Source: Escherichia coli
Lineage (GTDB): Bacteria; Pseudomonadota; Gammaproteobacteria; Enterobacterales; Enterobacteriaceae
Direction: 5' to 3' (one strand)
Length of the DNA: 64,000 nucleotides
Assembly: GCF_044324875.1 (NCBI RefSeq)
Contig: NZ_CP172185.1
Position 1 is the first letter of the stretch; every line of letters starts with the position of its first letter. The position numbers and the translations under genes are program-made. Below the pieces are notes generated by a model, which saw only the letters and a program-made list of their open reading frames with translations, was not told the origin of the DNA and did no database searches. Shown here piece after piece: positions 33,835-45,283 of this stretch.

Positions 33835-34002
33835 ATGGTCGGTCAGGAGCAACTGGAGTCGTCACCATTATGTCAGCAAAGTGATGATGAACCAGAAACG
33901 AAACGGGAATGTTCCGTCGTTATTCCAGACGACTGGCAACTAACATCGCAGCAGCAAGCCTTTATAGAACTGTTTGCTGAAGATGATCAGCCGAAACAAT
34001 AA
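33835..34002 (+). CDS. yciX: Small acidic protein YciX (55 aa)
   Basis: ATG lies 2 nt after the ymiA stop. MVGQEQLESSPLCQQSDDEPETKRECSVVIPDDWQLTSQQQAFIELFAEDDQPKQ. Confidence 0.6.
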   Translation: MVGQEQLESSPLCQQSDDEPETKRECSVVIPDDWQLTSQQQAFIELFAEDDQPKQ

Positions 34003-34115
34003 TTATCATCATTCTTATTACCCATTTTTAATGAATTAAAGGGCTTTTAATACACCGCAGCAATAACAGGTTGAGTTATCTCAACACAAAGTAATAACCG
34101 TTAAAGGTGTAGCCT

Positions 34116-34211
34116 ATGATCAACACAAATATGAAATATTGGTCCTGGATGGGCGCATTTTCTCTGTCGATGCTCTTCTGGGCCGAACTCCTCTGGATCA
34201 TTACTCACTGA
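34116..34211 (+). CDS. Candidate 31-aa hydrophobic small protein (MINTNMKYWSWMGAFSLSMLFWAELLWIITH)
   Basis: Found by hand. aaaggtg lies 8 nt upstream of the ATG. One TM-like segment. The stop is followed after 7 nt by the terminator ccccgc-tgcg-gcgggg-tttt (34219-34238). It may correspond to one of the K-12 ymi small ORFs, but I cannot name it. Confidence 0.45.
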   Translation: MINTNMKYWSWMGAFSLSMLFWAELLWIITH

Positions 34212-34374
34212 TCCCTGACCCCGCTGCGGCGGGGTTTTCATTTGCTTTGCCACAAGGTTTCTCCTCTTTTATCAATTTGGGTTGTTATCAAATCGTTACG
34301 CGATGTTTGTGTTATCTTTAATATTCACCCTGAAGAGAATCAGGGCTTCGCAACCCTGTCATTAAGGAGGAGCT

Positions 34375-37050
34375 ATGTCGTCAACCCTACGAGAAGCCAG
34401 TAAGGACACGTTGCAGGCCAAAGATAAAACTTACCACTACTACAGCCTGCCGCTTGCTGCCAAATCACTGGGCGATATCACCCGTTTGCCTAAGTCACTC
34501 AAAGTTTTGCTCGAAAACCTGCTGCGCTGGCAGGATGGTAACTCGGTTACCGAAGAGGATATCTACGCGCTGGCGGGATGGCTGAAAAATGCCCATGCTG
34601 ACCGTGAAATTGCCTACCGCCCGGCAAGGGTGCTGATGCAGGACTTTACCGGCGTACCTGCCGTTGTTGATCTCGCTGCAATGCGCGAAGCGGTTAAACG
34701 CCTCGGCGGCGATACTGCAAAGGTTAACCCGCTCTCACCGGTCGACCTGGTCATTGACCACTCGGTGACCGTCGATCGTTTTGGTGATGATGAGGCATTT
34801 GAAGAAAACGTACGCCTGGAAATGGAGCGCAACCACGAACGTTATGTGTTCCTGAAATGGGGAAAGCAAGCGTTCAGTCGGTTTAGCGTCGTGCCGCCAG
34901 GCACAGGCATTTGCCATCAGGTTAACCTCGAATATCTCGGCAAAGCAGTGTGGAGCGAATTGCAGGACGGTGAATGGATTGCTTATCCGGATACACTCGT
35001 TGGTACTGACTCGCACACCACCATGATCAACGGCCTTGGCGTGCTGGGGTGGGGCGTTGGTGGGATCGAAGCCGAAGCCGCAATGTTAGGACAGCCGGTT
35101 TCCATGCTTATCCCGGACGTAGTGGGCTTTAAACTCACCGGAAAATTACGTGAAGGTATTACCGCCACAGACCTGGTTCTCACCGTTACCCAAATGCTGC
35201 GCAAACATGGCGTGGTGGGGAAATTCGTCGAATTTTATGGTGATGGGCTGGATTCACTACCGTTGGCGGATCGCGCCACCATTGCCAATATGTCGCCAGA
35301 ATATGGTGCCACCTGTGGCTTCTTCCCAATCGATGCTGTCACCCTCGATTACATGCGTTTAAGCGGGCGCAGCGAAGATCAGGTCGAGTTGGTCGAAAAA
35401 TATGCCAAAGCGCAGGGCATGTGGCGTAACCCGGGCGATGAACCGATTTTTACCAGTACGTTAGAACTGGATATGAATGACGTTGAAGCGAGCCTGGCAG
35501 GGCCAAAACGCCCACAGGATCGCGTTGCACTGCCCGATGTACCAAAAGCATTTGCCGCCAGTAACGAACTGGAAGTAAATGCCACGCATAAAGATCGCCA
35601 GCCGGTCGATTATGTTATGAACGGACATCAGTATCGGTTACCTGATGGCGCGGTGGTCATTGCTGCGATAACGTCGTGCACCAACACCTCTAACCCAAGT
35701 GTGCTGATGGCCGCAGGTTTGCTGGCGAAAAAAGCTGTAACTCTGGGCCTCAAGCGGCAACCGTGGGTCAAAGCGTCGCTGGCACCGGGTTCGAAAGTCG
35801 TTTCTGATTATCTGGCAAAAGCGAAATTGACACCGTATCTCGACGAACTGGGGTTTAACCTTGTGGGATATGGTTGTACCACCTGTATTGGTAACTCTGG
35901 GCCGCTGCCCGATCCTATCGAAACGGCAATCAAAAAAGGCGATTTAACCGTCGGTGCAGTGCTGTCCGGCAACCGTAACTTTGAAGGCCGTATCCATCCG
36001 CTGGTTAAAACCAACTGGCTGGCCTCGCCGCCGCTGGTGGTTGCCTATGCGCTGGCGGGAAATATGAATATCAACCTCGCATCTGAGCCTATCGGCCATG
36101 ATCGCAAAGGCGATCCGGTATATATGAAAGATATCTGGCCATCGGCACAAGAAATTGCCCGTGCGGTAGAACAAGTCTCCACAGAAATGTTCCGTAAAGA
36201 GTACGCAGAAGTTTTTGAAGGCACAGCAGAGTGGAAGGAAATTAACGTCGCACGATCCGATACCTACGGTTGGCAGGAGGATTCAACCTATATTCGCTTA
36301 TCGCCTTTCTTTGATGAAATGCAGGCAACACCAGCACCTGTGGAAGATATTCACTGTGCGCGGATCCTCGCAATGCTTGGGGATTCAGTCACCACTGACC
36401 ATATCTCTCCGGCGGGCAGTATTAAGCCCGACAGCCCAGCGGGTCGATATCTACAAGGCCGGGGTGTTGAGCGAAAAGACTTTAACTCCTACGGTTCGCG
36501 GCGTGGTAACCATGAAGTGATGATGCGCGGCACCTTCGCCAATATTCGCATCCGTAATGAAATGGTGCCTGGCGTTGAAGGGGGGATGACGCGGCATTTA
36601 CCTGACAGCGACGTAGTCTCTATTTATGATGCCGCGATGCGCTATAAGCAGGAGCAAACGCCGCTGGCGGTGATTGCCGGGAAAGAGTATGGATCAGGCT
36701 CCAGCCGTGACTGGGCGGCAAAAGGTCCGCGTCTACTTGGTATTCGTGTTGTGATTGCCGAATCGTTTGAACGAATTCACCGCTCGAATTTAATTGGCAT
36801 GGGCATCCTGCCGCTAGAATTTCCGCAAGGCGTGACGCGTAAAACGTTAGGGCTAATCGGGGAAGAGAAGATTGATATTGTCGATCTGCAAAGTCTACAA
36901 CCCGGCGCGACGGTTCCGGTGACGTTTACGCGCGCGGATGGTAGCCAGGAAGTCGTACCCTGCCGTTGTCGTATCGACACCGCGACGGAGTTGACCTACT
37001 ACCAGAACGACGGCATTTTGCATTATGTCATTCGTAATATGTTGAAGTAA
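34375..37050 (+). CDS. acnA: Aconitate hydratase A
   Basis: 891 aa, with Fe-S ligand motifs [10 protein letters not shown] and [10 protein letters not shown]. Confidence 0.98.
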   Translation: MSSTLREASKDTLQAKDKTYHYYSLPLAAKSLGDITRLPKSLKVLLENLLRWQDGNSVTEEDIYALAGWLKNAHADREIAYRPARVLMQDFTGVPAVVDLAAMREAVKRLGGDTAKVNPLSPVDLVIDHSVTVDRFGDDEAFEENVRLEMERNHERYVFLKWGKQAFSRFSVVPPGTGICHQVNLEYLGKAVWSELQDGEWIAYPDTLVGTDSHTTMINGLGVLGWGVGGIEAEAAMLGQPVSMLIPDVVGFKLTGKLREGITATDLVLTVTQMLRKHGVVGKFVEFYGDGLDSLPLADRATIANMSPEYGATCGFFPIDAVTLDYMRLSGRSEDQVELVEKYAKAQGMWRNPGDEPIFTSTLELDMNDVEASLAGPKRPQDRVALPDVPKAFAASNELEVNATHKDRQPVDYVMNGHQYRLPDGAVVIAAITSCTNTSNPSVLMAAGLLAKKAVTLGLKRQPWVKASLAPGSKVVSDYLAKAKLTPYLDELGFNLVGYGCTTCIGNSGPLPDPIETAIKKGDLTVGAVLSGNRNFEGRIHPLVKTNWLASPPLVVAYALAGNMNINLASEPIGHDRKGDPVYMKDIWPSAQEIARAVEQVSTEMFRKEYAEVFEGTAEWKEINVARSDTYGWQEDSTYIRLSPFFDEMQATPAPVEDIHCARILAMLGDSVTTDHISPAGSIKPDSPAGRYLQGRGVERKDFNSYGSRRGNHEVMMRGTFANIRIRNEMVPGVEGGMTRHLPDSDVVSIYDAAMRYKQEQTPLAVIAGKEYGSGSSRDWAAKGPRLLGIRVVIAESFERIHRSNLIGMGILPLEFPQGVTRKTLGLIGEEKIDIVDLQSLQPGATVPVTFTRADGSQEVVPCRCRIDTATELTYYQNDGILHYVIRNMLK

Positions 37051-37056
37051 CGAGTA

Positions 37057-37091
37057 TTTGCTTGCCGGTTATTTTGCTTCCGGCAAGCAAA
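37057..37091. terminator. Bidirectional terminator between acnA and ribA
   Basis: tttgcttgccgg-(11-nt loop)-ccggcaagcaaa, a perfect 12-bp stem. Confidence 0.8.
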
Positions 37092-37113
37092 TGAATTACA
37101 CAATGCAAGAGGG

Positions 37114-37704
37114 TTATTTGTTCAGCAAATGACCCATTTTCTCGGCTTTGGTATCGAGATAATGTTCGTTATTGGGGTTACGACCTACAATCAACGGTAC
37201 GCGTTCAACAATATTAATCCCTGCTTCGGTCAGAATTTCGACTTTTTTTGGGTTGTTGGTTAACAAGCGGACTTCATTGACGCCAAGGAGTTTGAACATA
37301 TCAGCGCAAAGAGTGAAGTCGCGCTCATCAGCGGCGAAGCCTAACTGGTGGTTAGCCTCTACAGTATCGTAACCTTGATCCTGCAGTGCATAAGCGCGGA
37401 TTTTATTCAGCAGACCAATGTTACGACCTTCCTGACGGTGATACAGCAAAATACCACGGCCTTCTTCGGCAATTTGCGTCAGTGCCGCTTCGAGCTGGAA
37501 GCCACAATCGCAGCGCAAGCTGAACAGGGCGTCACCGGTCAGACATTCGGAATGGACGCGCGCAAGTACCGGGGTATGCCCGGAAATATCGCCATAGACT
37601 AGCGCGACATGATCGTGTCCGGTTGCCAGTTCTTCAAATCCCACCATCAGGAAATCGCCCCATGGGGTTGGCAGTTTGGCTTCTGCCACACGTTTAAGCT
37701 GCAT
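37114..37704 (-). CDS. ribA: GTP cyclohydrolase II
   Basis: Trimmed to [25 protein letters not shown], 196 aa. Zinc motif [18 protein letters not shown]. Confidence 0.97.
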
Positions 37705-37873
37705 GAAATTCTCCAGATAATGCTGGTTCTGTATTGGCTTATTTTGCCATAACGAGAAGGGGTTCACCTAATCACGACGCGTCGATCGTTCACGGAATGG
37801 CACAAATCTGTCAATTTTTCCTGGAACTGGCATTTTCAGTTATGATTGTGGGACTTATCAAAAAGGAGAGGCC

Positions 37874-38638
37874 ATGCGTTCGATTGCCAGACGTACCGCA
37901 GTGGGAGCTGCACTATTGCTTGTTATGCCAGTAGCCGTATGGATTTCTGGCTGGCGTTGGCAACCTGGAGAACAAAGTTGGCTACTAAAAGCGGCTTTTT
38001 GGGTTACTGAAACTGTCACCCAGCCCTGGGGCGTCATTACACATTTGATTTTATTCGGTTGGTTTCTCTGGTGTCTGCGTTTTCGCATTAAGGCTGCCAT
38101 TATGTTATTTGCCATTCTGGCGGCGGCAATTCTTGTGGGACAAGGCGTTAAATCCTGGATCAAAGGCAAAGTCCAGGAACCACGACCTTTTGTTATCTGG
38201 CTGGAAAAAACACATCATATTCCGGTTGATGAGTTCTACACTTTAAAGCGAGCAGAACGCGGAAATCTAGTGAAAGAACAGTTGGCTGAAGAGAAAAATA
38301 TCCCACAATATTTGCGTTCACACTGGCAGAAAGAGACGGGGTTTGCCTTTCCTTCCGGTCACACGATGTTTGCTGCCAGTTGGGCGCTGCTGGCCGTTGG
38401 TTTGCTGTGGCCGCGTCGGCGAACGTTAACCATTGCTATCTTGTTGGTCTGGGCAACGGGAGTCATGGGAAGCCGCCTGCTGCTCGGGATGCATTGGCCA
38501 CGCGATCTGGTGGTAGCTACGTTGATTTCGTGGGCGCTGGTGGCGGTGGCAACGTGGCTTGCGCAACAAATTTGTGGGCCATTAACACCACCTGCGGAAG
38601 AAAATCGCGACATTGCACAACGAGAACAAGAAAGTTAA
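37874..38638 (+). CDS. pgpB: Phosphatidylglycerophosphatase B (PAP2 family)
   Basis: 254 aa, with PAP2 motifs KxxxxxxRP (KGKVQEPRP), PSGH and SRLLLGMHWPRD. Confidence 0.96.
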   Translation: MRSIARRTAVGAALLLVMPVAVWISGWRWQPGEQSWLLKAAFWVTETVTQPWGVITHLILFGWFLWCLRFRIKAAIMLFAILAAAILVGQGVKSWIKGKVQEPRPFVIWLEKTHHIPVDEFYTLKRAERGNLVKEQLAEEKNIPQYLRSHWQKETGFAFPSGHTMFAASWALLAVGLLWPRRRTLTIAILLVWATGVMGSRLLLGMHWPRDLVVATLISWALVAVATWLAQQICGPLTPPAEENRDIAQREQES

Positions 38639-38786
38639 CGCTGGTTGATTTTCCGAATTTAGCCCTTAAATCATCAACAATGCGCGTGGATGCCATTTCG
38701 CAGACGGCGCGAAAATGGTACTTTAAAGGGCTATTGCGGTAAGTTGACCATAATTTATTCGCTCTAACCACATAACGGGAAGTAAT

Positions 38787-39095
38787 GTGAAATATTTACT
38801 CATTTTCTTACTGGTGTTAGCGATCTTCGTGATTTCGGTCACGTTAGGTGCGCAGAACGATCAACAGGTGACGTTTAATTATCTGTTAGCGCAAGGGGAG
38901 TACCGTATTTCCACATTGCTGGCGGTATTGTTTGCTGCGGGGTTTGCTATCGGTTGGCTGATTTGCGGTCTGTTCTGGCTGCGAGTTCGTGTTTCCCTGG
39001 CGCGCGCTGAACGTAAAATAAAGCGACTGGAAAACCAGCTTTCACCCGCGACTGACGTGGCTGTAGCGCCGCATTCGTCAGCGGCGAAGGAATAA
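38787..39095 (+). CDS. lapA: LPS assembly protein LapA (YciS)
   Basis: 102 aa from a GTG start, two TM helices, immediately upstream of lapB. Confidence 0.92.
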   Translation: MKYLLIFLLVLAIFVISVTLGAQNDQQVTFNYLLAQGEYRISTLLAVLFAAGFAIGWLICGLFWLRVRVSLARAERKIKRLENQLSPATDVAVAPHSSAAKE

Positions 39096-39101
39096 CTTTC
39101 T

Positions 39102-40271
39102 ATGCTGGAGTTGTTGTTTCTGCTTTTGCCTGTAGCCGCTGCCTATGGCTGGTATATGGGCCGCAGAAGTGCGCAACAAAACAAGCAAGATGAAGCCAAC
39201 CGCTTGTCGCGTGATTACGTAGCGGGGGTTAACTTCCTGCTTAGTAATCAACAGGATAAAGCGGTAGACCTGTTTCTCGATATGCTTAAAGAGGATACGG
39301 GTACCGTTGAAGCCCACCTTACGCTCGGAAACCTGTTCCGTTCGCGTGGCGAAGTTGATCGCGCTATTCGCATCCATCAGACCCTAATGGAAAGCGCCTC
39401 GCTGACCTATGAACAGCGTCTGTTGGCGATTCAACAATTGGGGCGTGATTACATGGCCGCCGGGTTATACGACCGCGCGGAAGACATGTTCAATCAGCTG
39501 ACCGATGAAACTGACTTCCGCATTGGCGCGCTGCAACAGTTGCTACAAATCTACCAGGCTACCAGCGAGTGGCAGAAAGCAATTGATGTTGCCGAACGCC
39601 TGGTGAAGCTGGGTAAAGATAAACAGCGCGTCGAAATTGCCCATTTCTACTGTGAGTTAGCCCTGCAGCATATGGCCAGCGACGATCTCGATCGTGCCAT
39701 GACCTTGCTAAAAAAAGGGGCTGCGGCAGATAAAAACAGCGCCCGCGTATCCATCATGATGGGACGCGTGTTTATGGCGAAAGGAGAATACGCCAAAGCC
39801 GTCGAAAGTCTGCAACGCGTGATATCCCAGGACAGAGAACTGGTCAGCGAAACGCTGGAAATGTTGCAAACCTGCTATCAGCAGTTGGGTAAAACTGCCG
39901 AATGGGCAGAATTCCTGCAGCGCGCGGTGGAAGAGAACACCGGTGCCGATGCTGAACTAATGCTTGCGGACATCATCGAAGCACGCGACGGTAGTGAGGC
40001 CGCACAGGTCTATATTACGCGTCAGCTTCAGCGTCATCCGACCATGCGTGTGTTCCATAAGCTAATGGATTACCACTTAAATGAAGCGGAAGAAGGGCGT
40101 GCCAAAGAGAGTCTGATGGTGCTGCGTGACATGGTTGGCGAGAAGGTGCGTAGTAAGCCTCGTTATCGCTGCCAGAAATGTGGTTTTACCGCATACACCC
40201 TCTACTGGCATTGTCCGTCTTGTCGGGCCTGGTCAACCATTAAACCGATTCGCGGTCTTGATGGCCTGTAA
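39102..40271 (+). CDS. lapB: LPS assembly regulator LapB (YciM)
   Basis: 389 aa. N-terminal TM helix, TPR repeats, C-terminal rubredoxin-like CQKCGF...HCPSC. Confidence 0.96.
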   Translation: MLELLFLLLPVAAAYGWYMGRRSAQQNKQDEANRLSRDYVAGVNFLLSNQQDKAVDLFLDMLKEDTGTVEAHLTLGNLFRSRGEVDRAIRIHQTLMESASLTYEQRLLAIQQLGRDYMAAGLYDRAEDMFNQLTDETDFRIGALQQLLQIYQATSEWQKAIDVAERLVKLGKDKQRVEIAHFYCELALQHMASDDLDRAMTLLKKGAAADKNSARVSIMMGRVFMAKGEYAKAVESLQRVISQDRELVSETLEMLQTCYQQLGKTAEWAEFLQRAVEENTGADAELMLADIIEARDGSEAAQVYITRQLQRHPTMRVFHKLMDYHLNEAEEGRAKESLMVLRDMVGEKVRSKPRYRCQKCGFTAYTLYWHCPSCRAWSTIKPIRGLDGL

Positions 40272-40462
40272 TTTTTAAAAAAATCCGACTTTAGTTACAA
40301 CATACTAATTGTTGATGTTCCATTATGCTCCGGTAACTCAGGCGCAGAAAAGCCTGCCAGGGGAGAAATCGCAACTGTTAATTTTTTATTTCCACGGGTA
40401 GAATGCTCGCCGTTTACCTGTTTCGCGCCACTTCCGGTGCCCATCATCAAGAAGGTCTGGTC

Positions 40463-41200
40463 ATGACGTTAACTGCTTCATCTTCTTCCCGCGCTGTTAC
40501 GAATTCTCCTGTGGTTGTTGCCCTTGATTATCATAATCGTGATGCCGCGCTGGCCTTTGTCGACAAGATCGACCCACGCGATTGTCGTCTGAAAGTCGGC
40601 AAAGAGATGTTTACGCTGTTTGGACCTCAATTTGTACGCGAACTTCAACAGCGTGGTTTTGATATCTTCCTCGACCTGAAATTTCACGATATTCCCAACA
40701 CTGCAGCGCACGCTGTCGCTGCTGCAGCTGACTTAGGCGTGTGGATGGTGAATGTTCACGCCTCCGGTGGGGCGCGTATGATGACCGCAGCGCGTGAGGC
40801 ACTGGTTCCGTTTGGCAAAGATGCACCGCTTTTGATTGCTGTGACAGTGTTGACCAGCATGGAAGCCAGCGACCTGGCCGATCTTGGCGTGACACTGTCA
40901 CCTGCAGATTATGCAGAACGTCTGGCGGCACTGACGCAAAAATGTGGCCTTGATGGTGTGGTGTGTTCTGCTCAGGAAGCTGTGCGCTTTAAACAGGTAT
41001 TCGGTCAGGAGTTCAAACTGGTTACACCGGGCATTCGTCCGCAGGGGAGTGAAGCAGGTGACCAGCGCCGCATTATGACGCCAGAACAGGCGTTGGCGGC
41101 TGGTGTTGATTATATGGTGATTGGTCGCCCGGTAACGCAATCGGTAGATCCAGCGCAGACGCTGAAAGCGATCAACGCCTCTTTACAGCGGAGTGCATGA
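40463..41200 (+). CDS. pyrF: Orotidine-5'-phosphate decarboxylase
   Basis: Trimmed to [23 protein letters not shown], 245 aa. Active-site motif [10 protein letters not shown]. Confidence 0.97.
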   Translation: MTLTASSSSRAVTNSPVVVALDYHNRDAALAFVDKIDPRDCRLKVGKEMFTLFGPQFVRELQQRGFDIFLDLKFHDIPNTAAHAVAAAADLGVWMVNVHASGGARMMTAAREALVPFGKDAPLLIAVTVLTSMEASDLADLGVTLSPADYAERLAALTQKCGLDGVVCSAQEAVRFKQVFGQEFKLVTPGIRPQGSEAGDQRRIMTPEQALAAGVDYMVIGRPVTQSVDPAQTLKAINASLQRSA

Positions 41201-41526
41201 TGAGTGATTCCAACAGCCGTCTGGTCTACTCAACAGAAACCGGGCGTATTGATGAGCCCAAAGCGGCCCCAGTACGCCCTAAAGGCGATGGTGTGGTGCG
41301 TATTCAGCGTCAGACCAGTGGACGTAAAGGTAAGGGCGTTTGCTTGATTACCGGTGTCGATCTCGATGATGCCGAACTGACAAAACTGGCAGCGGAACTG
41401 AAGAAAAAATGCGGCTGCGGCGGGGCAGTTAAAGATGGAATTATTGAAATCCAGGGCGATAAGCGTGATTTATTAAAATCACTGCTTGAAGCGAAAGGGA
41501 TGAAGGTAAAACTCGCAGGCGGTTAA
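41200..41526 (+). CDS. yciH: SUI1/eIF1-like translation factor homologue YciH
   Basis: 108 aa ([21 protein letters not shown]). The ATG overlaps the pyrF stop in ATGATGA; an alternative ATG lies at 41197. Confidence 0.92.
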   Translation: MSDSNSRLVYSTETGRIDEPKAAPVRPKGDGVVRIQRQTSGRKGKGVCLITGVDLDDAELTKLAAELKKKCGCGGAVKDGIIEIQGDKRDLLKSLLEAKGMKVKLAGG

Positions 41527-41531
41527 CATAA

Positions 41532-41557
41532 AAAGCCACGGATATATCCGTGGCTTT
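41532..41557. terminator. Bidirectional terminator between yciH and osmB
   Basis: aaagccacggata/tatccgtggcttt is a perfect 13-bp palindrome flanked by A and T runs. Confidence 0.85.
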
Positions 41558-41651
41558 CGAATATTTTACTGTGTGTATTATTCAGTTATTTCGTACTGAA
41601 CAAAATCAAGCGTATTATAATTGCGAGTCGATAATCGACATTTATTTACGA

Positions 41652-41870
41652 TTATTTACCGACCTGGTGACCAATAACACCACCGACGGCTGCACCACCT
41701 AATGTACCCAGCGTACTGCCATCGGTCAGTACTGCACCGCCTAATGCCCCTGCACCCGCGCCGATTGCGGTGTTGCGATCCCGTTTAGACCAGTTAGAAC
41801 AGGCACTCAGAGACATTGCCAGGGTAATTGCCAGAACAGCCGCGGTCATTTTTTTGCTCGTTACAAACAT
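41652..41870 (-). CDS. osmB: Osmotically inducible lipoprotein OsmB
   Basis: 72 aa. Lipobox LSAC (MFVTSKKMTAAVLAITLAMSLSA|C) and a Gly-zipper-rich mature part. Confidence 0.95.
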   Translation of the reverse strand: MFVTSKKMTAAVLAITLAMSLSACSNWSKRDRNTAIGAGAGALGGAVLTDGSTLGTLGGAAVGGVIGHQVGK

Positions 41871-42138
41871 AATACTCTCTCCTGAATTTATGATTCACGG
41901 AAGTAAGCTCTCTATAACTATAATAGCTAAGAATAAGCCTGGTGAAATTATTCCGTGAAATCCGCTCGCGCGCAGGGTTATATCACGCAGGTGATAATGA
42001 CTTCCTGTTATATCGCTGATAATAATTTTATATCTTGAGAGTGTTAATAACAGGTAAATAGTCTTAATTATCAACCAGGAATCATCTTAGAGCGGATGAT
42101 TTGCCAAAGTGCAAATCATCCATAGAGGAGGGAAATGG

Positions 42139-42888
42139 TTAAATGTCAACGACGTGAACGGTGAGTTTACTGTGCTCAAGATGCATCAGATCGCTGGCGC
42201 GTATTTTCGAATCGGTAATCACGCGATTGAATCGCTCAACGGGACCGATGGAGTATGAATGTACAGCACCAAATTTCGAGCTGTCAGTCAGGACTATCGC
42301 TTCGCACTCTTTTTCCAGCACGGCATTGACCACATCGGTACGCATCATATCGCGACCGGTGAATCCAGTTTCAGGTTGCCAACCATCAATACCAATAAAT
42401 GCTTTGCTGAAATGCACCTGTTGGATGCACTGGCGTGTCAAAGGGCCAACCATACTTTCGCTTTTTTTCTGGTACACGCCACCGAGCAAAATAACTTCAC
42501 AAGGCGCGTCTTTCAGCAAATGCGCGATGTAGCTGCTGACCGTGATGATCGTGACATTTTTCTTCTGCTCGCCCAGAGTCCGGGCGAGCAGGGCATTGCT
42601 GCTGCCATTTTCGATAAAGATGGTTTCGCCCGGTTGAACCAGTGACGCGGCAAACTCGGCGAGTTCACGCTTCAGCGTATAGTTGCTCATCATACGAGTT
42701 TCGACGTCATCACTATCAAGCGATACTGCAAAGCCATGTGCACGGCGGAGGTAACTCAGTTTTTCGAGGGTGTTGAGATCCTGGCGAATGGTAACTTCAG
42801 AAACTCCAGTGGCTTTTGCCAGATCGGTTACGCTAACCTGACCCTGGTCAATGACCATCTGTAGAATAGTTTGTTGTCGGGAATTCAT
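42139..42888 (-). CDS. yciT: DeoR-family transcriptional regulator YciT
   Basis: 249 aa. N-terminal DeoR wHTH ([25 protein letters not shown]) and a C-terminal sugar-phosphate-binding domain. Confidence 0.93.
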   Translation of the reverse strand: MNSRQQTILQMVIDQGQVSVTDLAKATGVSEVTIRQDLNTLEKLSYLRRAHGFAVSLDSDDVETRMMSNYTLKRELAEFAASLVQPGETIFIENGSSNALLARTLGEQKKNVTIITVSSYIAHLLKDAPCEVILLGGVYQKKSESMVGPLTRQCIQQVHFSKAFIGIDGWQPETGFTGRDMMRTDVVNAVLEKECEAIVLTDSSKFGAVHSYSIGPVERFNRVITDSKIRASDLMHLEHSKLTVHVVDI

Positions 42889-42977
42889 CGCTGTAATTCT
42901 TATAACGTTATAATACTAAATAAAAAAATACTGACGCGCCGGGCATCCTCAAATAGGAAAACCTGAAGGCACGATTG

Positions 42978-43151
42978 TTAAATCTCCCACGGTGCCTTCG
43001 GGATGTCTGGCGTAGATTCAGCAACCTGGCGCAAGAGTTCTGCTTTAAGTATCTCGAGATTATGGATCGCAGAGTGGTAATCGCCTGCCACAAGGATATC
43101 TAACACAATATCAATACGTTCGGCAACGCGCTGGGCATCAAATTCAGACAT
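42978..43151 (-). CDS. yciZ: Small protein YciZ (UPF0509)
   Basis: Trimmed to [40 protein letters not shown]..., 57 aa. Confidence 0.8.
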
Positions 43152-43297
43152 CAAGGACATCCTTATAGCAAAAGGGGAAAATGAATAATGCAAAAATTGC
43201 CGCTAAAAGAGAAGTGTTTAACAGCAACGGCTAATTATCATCCGGGAATACGATATATAATTACGGAATATAGCGCTAAGTATATATATTCATCTAC

Positions 43298-45283
43298 TTA
43301 TGCGCGCTTCAGATAGCGTTTATACCAACGTTCGAAGGCGACGGCGGGCATCGGTTTGGCAAACAAAAATCCTTGCCGCTCATTGATCCCGTTCTTGGTT
43401 AAAAAAGCATCTTCCTTTTTACTCTCCACTCCTTCAGCGATCACCTGAAGATTCAATGCCTGGGCCACAGCGACGATCGCCCGGACCAGCGACTGTGAGA
43501 CAGGTTGTTTGTGAATATCTCGAACAAAAACCTGGTCAAGTTTAATCGCATCGATCGGAAAGCGCGCCAGTTGCGAAAGTGAAGAGTAGCCGGTACCAAA
43601 ATCGTCCAGATGCACTTGCGCACCTAGTTGGCTAAATTGTTGAATAACAGAAAGTGCCAGTTCATCATTCTCAATCAGGCAGCTCTCCGTCAGTTCAACA
43701 TCAATAGGGCAGTATTCAAAATTGAGTTCCTGGAGAACCTGTTTCAGGGCGGTGAAAATGGTTTGATCGGCGAGCTGACGTGCAGAAATGTTTACCGCCA
43801 CTCGCAGGTTAATACCTTTATCCCGCCACTTTGCCACCTGGCGTACGACATCGAGAATCACCCAACGGCCTAAAGGCACAATTAGCCCTGACTCTTCGGC
43901 GTAGGAAATGAAGTCCAACGGTGGAATCAACCCACGTTCAGGTGACTGCCAACGTACTAGTGCTTCCAGACTGCGCACTTCGCCACGCCAGGTGATTTTC
44001 GGTTGATAGTGAATAACCAACTGATCGTTTTCCAGTGCTTTACGCAAGTTGGTATCCAGCCAGAGATATTCAAATACCCGCTGATTCATTTCTGGAGTAA
44101 AAACGCAAAATTGTCCTCGTCCGCCTTCCTTCGCTGTGTACATTGCTGTGTCGGCGTGACGAATAATAGCCGCGCTGTCCGAACCATGTTCGGGAGAGAG
44201 TGAAATACCCACTGAACAGCTGGTATAAACTTCAATTAAACCAATGCGGAAGGGGAGTCGTAAGCGAGTCAAAATTCGTGATGCCATTGCTTCCAGCGCG
44301 CTTTGTGAGGTATTGGATGCCAGTACCAGAAACTCATCGCCACCTGGACGCGCCAACACCTGATCATGTTCGAGACAGCTTAAAATGGCCAATGACACGT
44401 CGCGTAATAGCTGGTCACCAAACAAATGCCCATAAGCGTCGTTGACCTTTTTAAAATTATCCAAATCAAGATACACAACCCCAACTTTATTGTTATCTGC
44501 CTGATTAATGGCGTGATCGATTAACTCCTGCATTGCGTTACGATTCGGCAGTCCGGTGATACTGTCGGTATTTGCCAGAATACGCAGTCGCTCCTGAGCG
44601 CGGCGCTCTTCGGTAATGTCGGTGCCGGAACAGATTAAAAAAATCTCGTTCTTGCCACTGCCGCTGTGGACAAATTTATTGCGAAACAGAAACAGCCGCT
44701 GGCCTTTACGTGTTGGTATCCACAGTTCGACTTCATATGAATTGCCGCTTCGAAAAAATACACGGTTATTGCGCCTGGATGCCGCAGCTTCACGACGGCT
44801 CATAAACAGTTTAAACACGCTTTGCCCAATGACGTCATGTTCTTTCAACCCTGTGTAATCTTCACATAACCGATTGAAGCGTTGGATATTCCCCCGGCTG
44901 TCGAGAATCACTATTGCGGAATGTGCTTCAGAAACTACCTGCTCAGCAAAGGAAAGCCCGTGTGATAAATCACGAGCAACTGCTGGTGTGTCATGCCATG
45001 CAGACGCGTTGCCAGCCCATTCCCGTTTATTGATTTTTCGTCCTACCAGATGCACAGAAAGATCACTTTCATCGACGGTCAGACTCATCATCAGGCTGGA
45101 GGTGATGACCGTCATTTCCCTGATGCGAGCAGCCTGTTCGGCAGATAACTGCAACGTACGTTCAGGTTCTGTGGTTTCGGTGGTAGAAAAGCGCAAAACA
45201 TCGCTGCTTTCCGTTAACCGCCAGTATGGATTGTGCGATCCGAGAAAGTTGTACAACGTTGTGGACTCCCTAACGGTTTTCAT
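43298..45283 (-). CDS. pdeR: c-di-GMP phosphodiesterase PdeR (YciR/Gmr): PAS-GGDEF-EAL
   Basis: 661 aa, with the GGDEF motif (RPGGDEFLVL) and the EAL motif (LEALVRW). Confidence 0.96.
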   Translation of the reverse strand: MKTVRESTTLYNFLGSHNPYWRLTESSDVLRFSTTETTEPERTLQLSAEQAARIREMTVITSSLMMSLTVDESDLSVHLVGRKINKREWAGNASAWHDTPAVARDLSHGLSFAEQVVSEAHSAIVILDSRGNIQRFNRLCEDYTGLKEHDVIGQSVFKLFMSRREAAASRRNNRVFFRSGNSYEVELWIPTRKGQRLFLFRNKFVHSGSGKNEIFLICSGTDITEERRAQERLRILANTDSITGLPNRNAMQELIDHAINQADNNKVGVVYLDLDNFKKVNDAYGHLFGDQLLRDVSLAILSCLEHDQVLARPGGDEFLVLASNTSQSALEAMASRILTRLRLPFRIGLIEVYTSCSVGISLSPEHGSDSAAIIRHADTAMYTAKEGGRGQFCVFTPEMNQRVFEYLWLDTNLRKALENDQLVIHYQPKITWRGEVRSLEALVRWQSPERGLIPPLDFISYAEESGLIVPLGRWVILDVVRQVAKWRDKGINLRVAVNISARQLADQTIFTALKQVLQELNFEYCPIDVELTESCLIENDELALSVIQQFSQLGAQVHLDDFGTGYSSLSQLARFPIDAIKLDQVFVRDIHKQPVSQSLVRAIVAVAQALNLQVIAEGVESKKEDAFLTKNGINERQGFLFAKPMPAVAFERWYKRYLKRA

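Noticed and set aside
34139-34321. 60-aa plus-strand ORF upstream of acnA
   Set aside because: It overlaps, in another frame, the better-supported 31-codon ORF and reads through that ORF's terminator hairpin. It has no SD.
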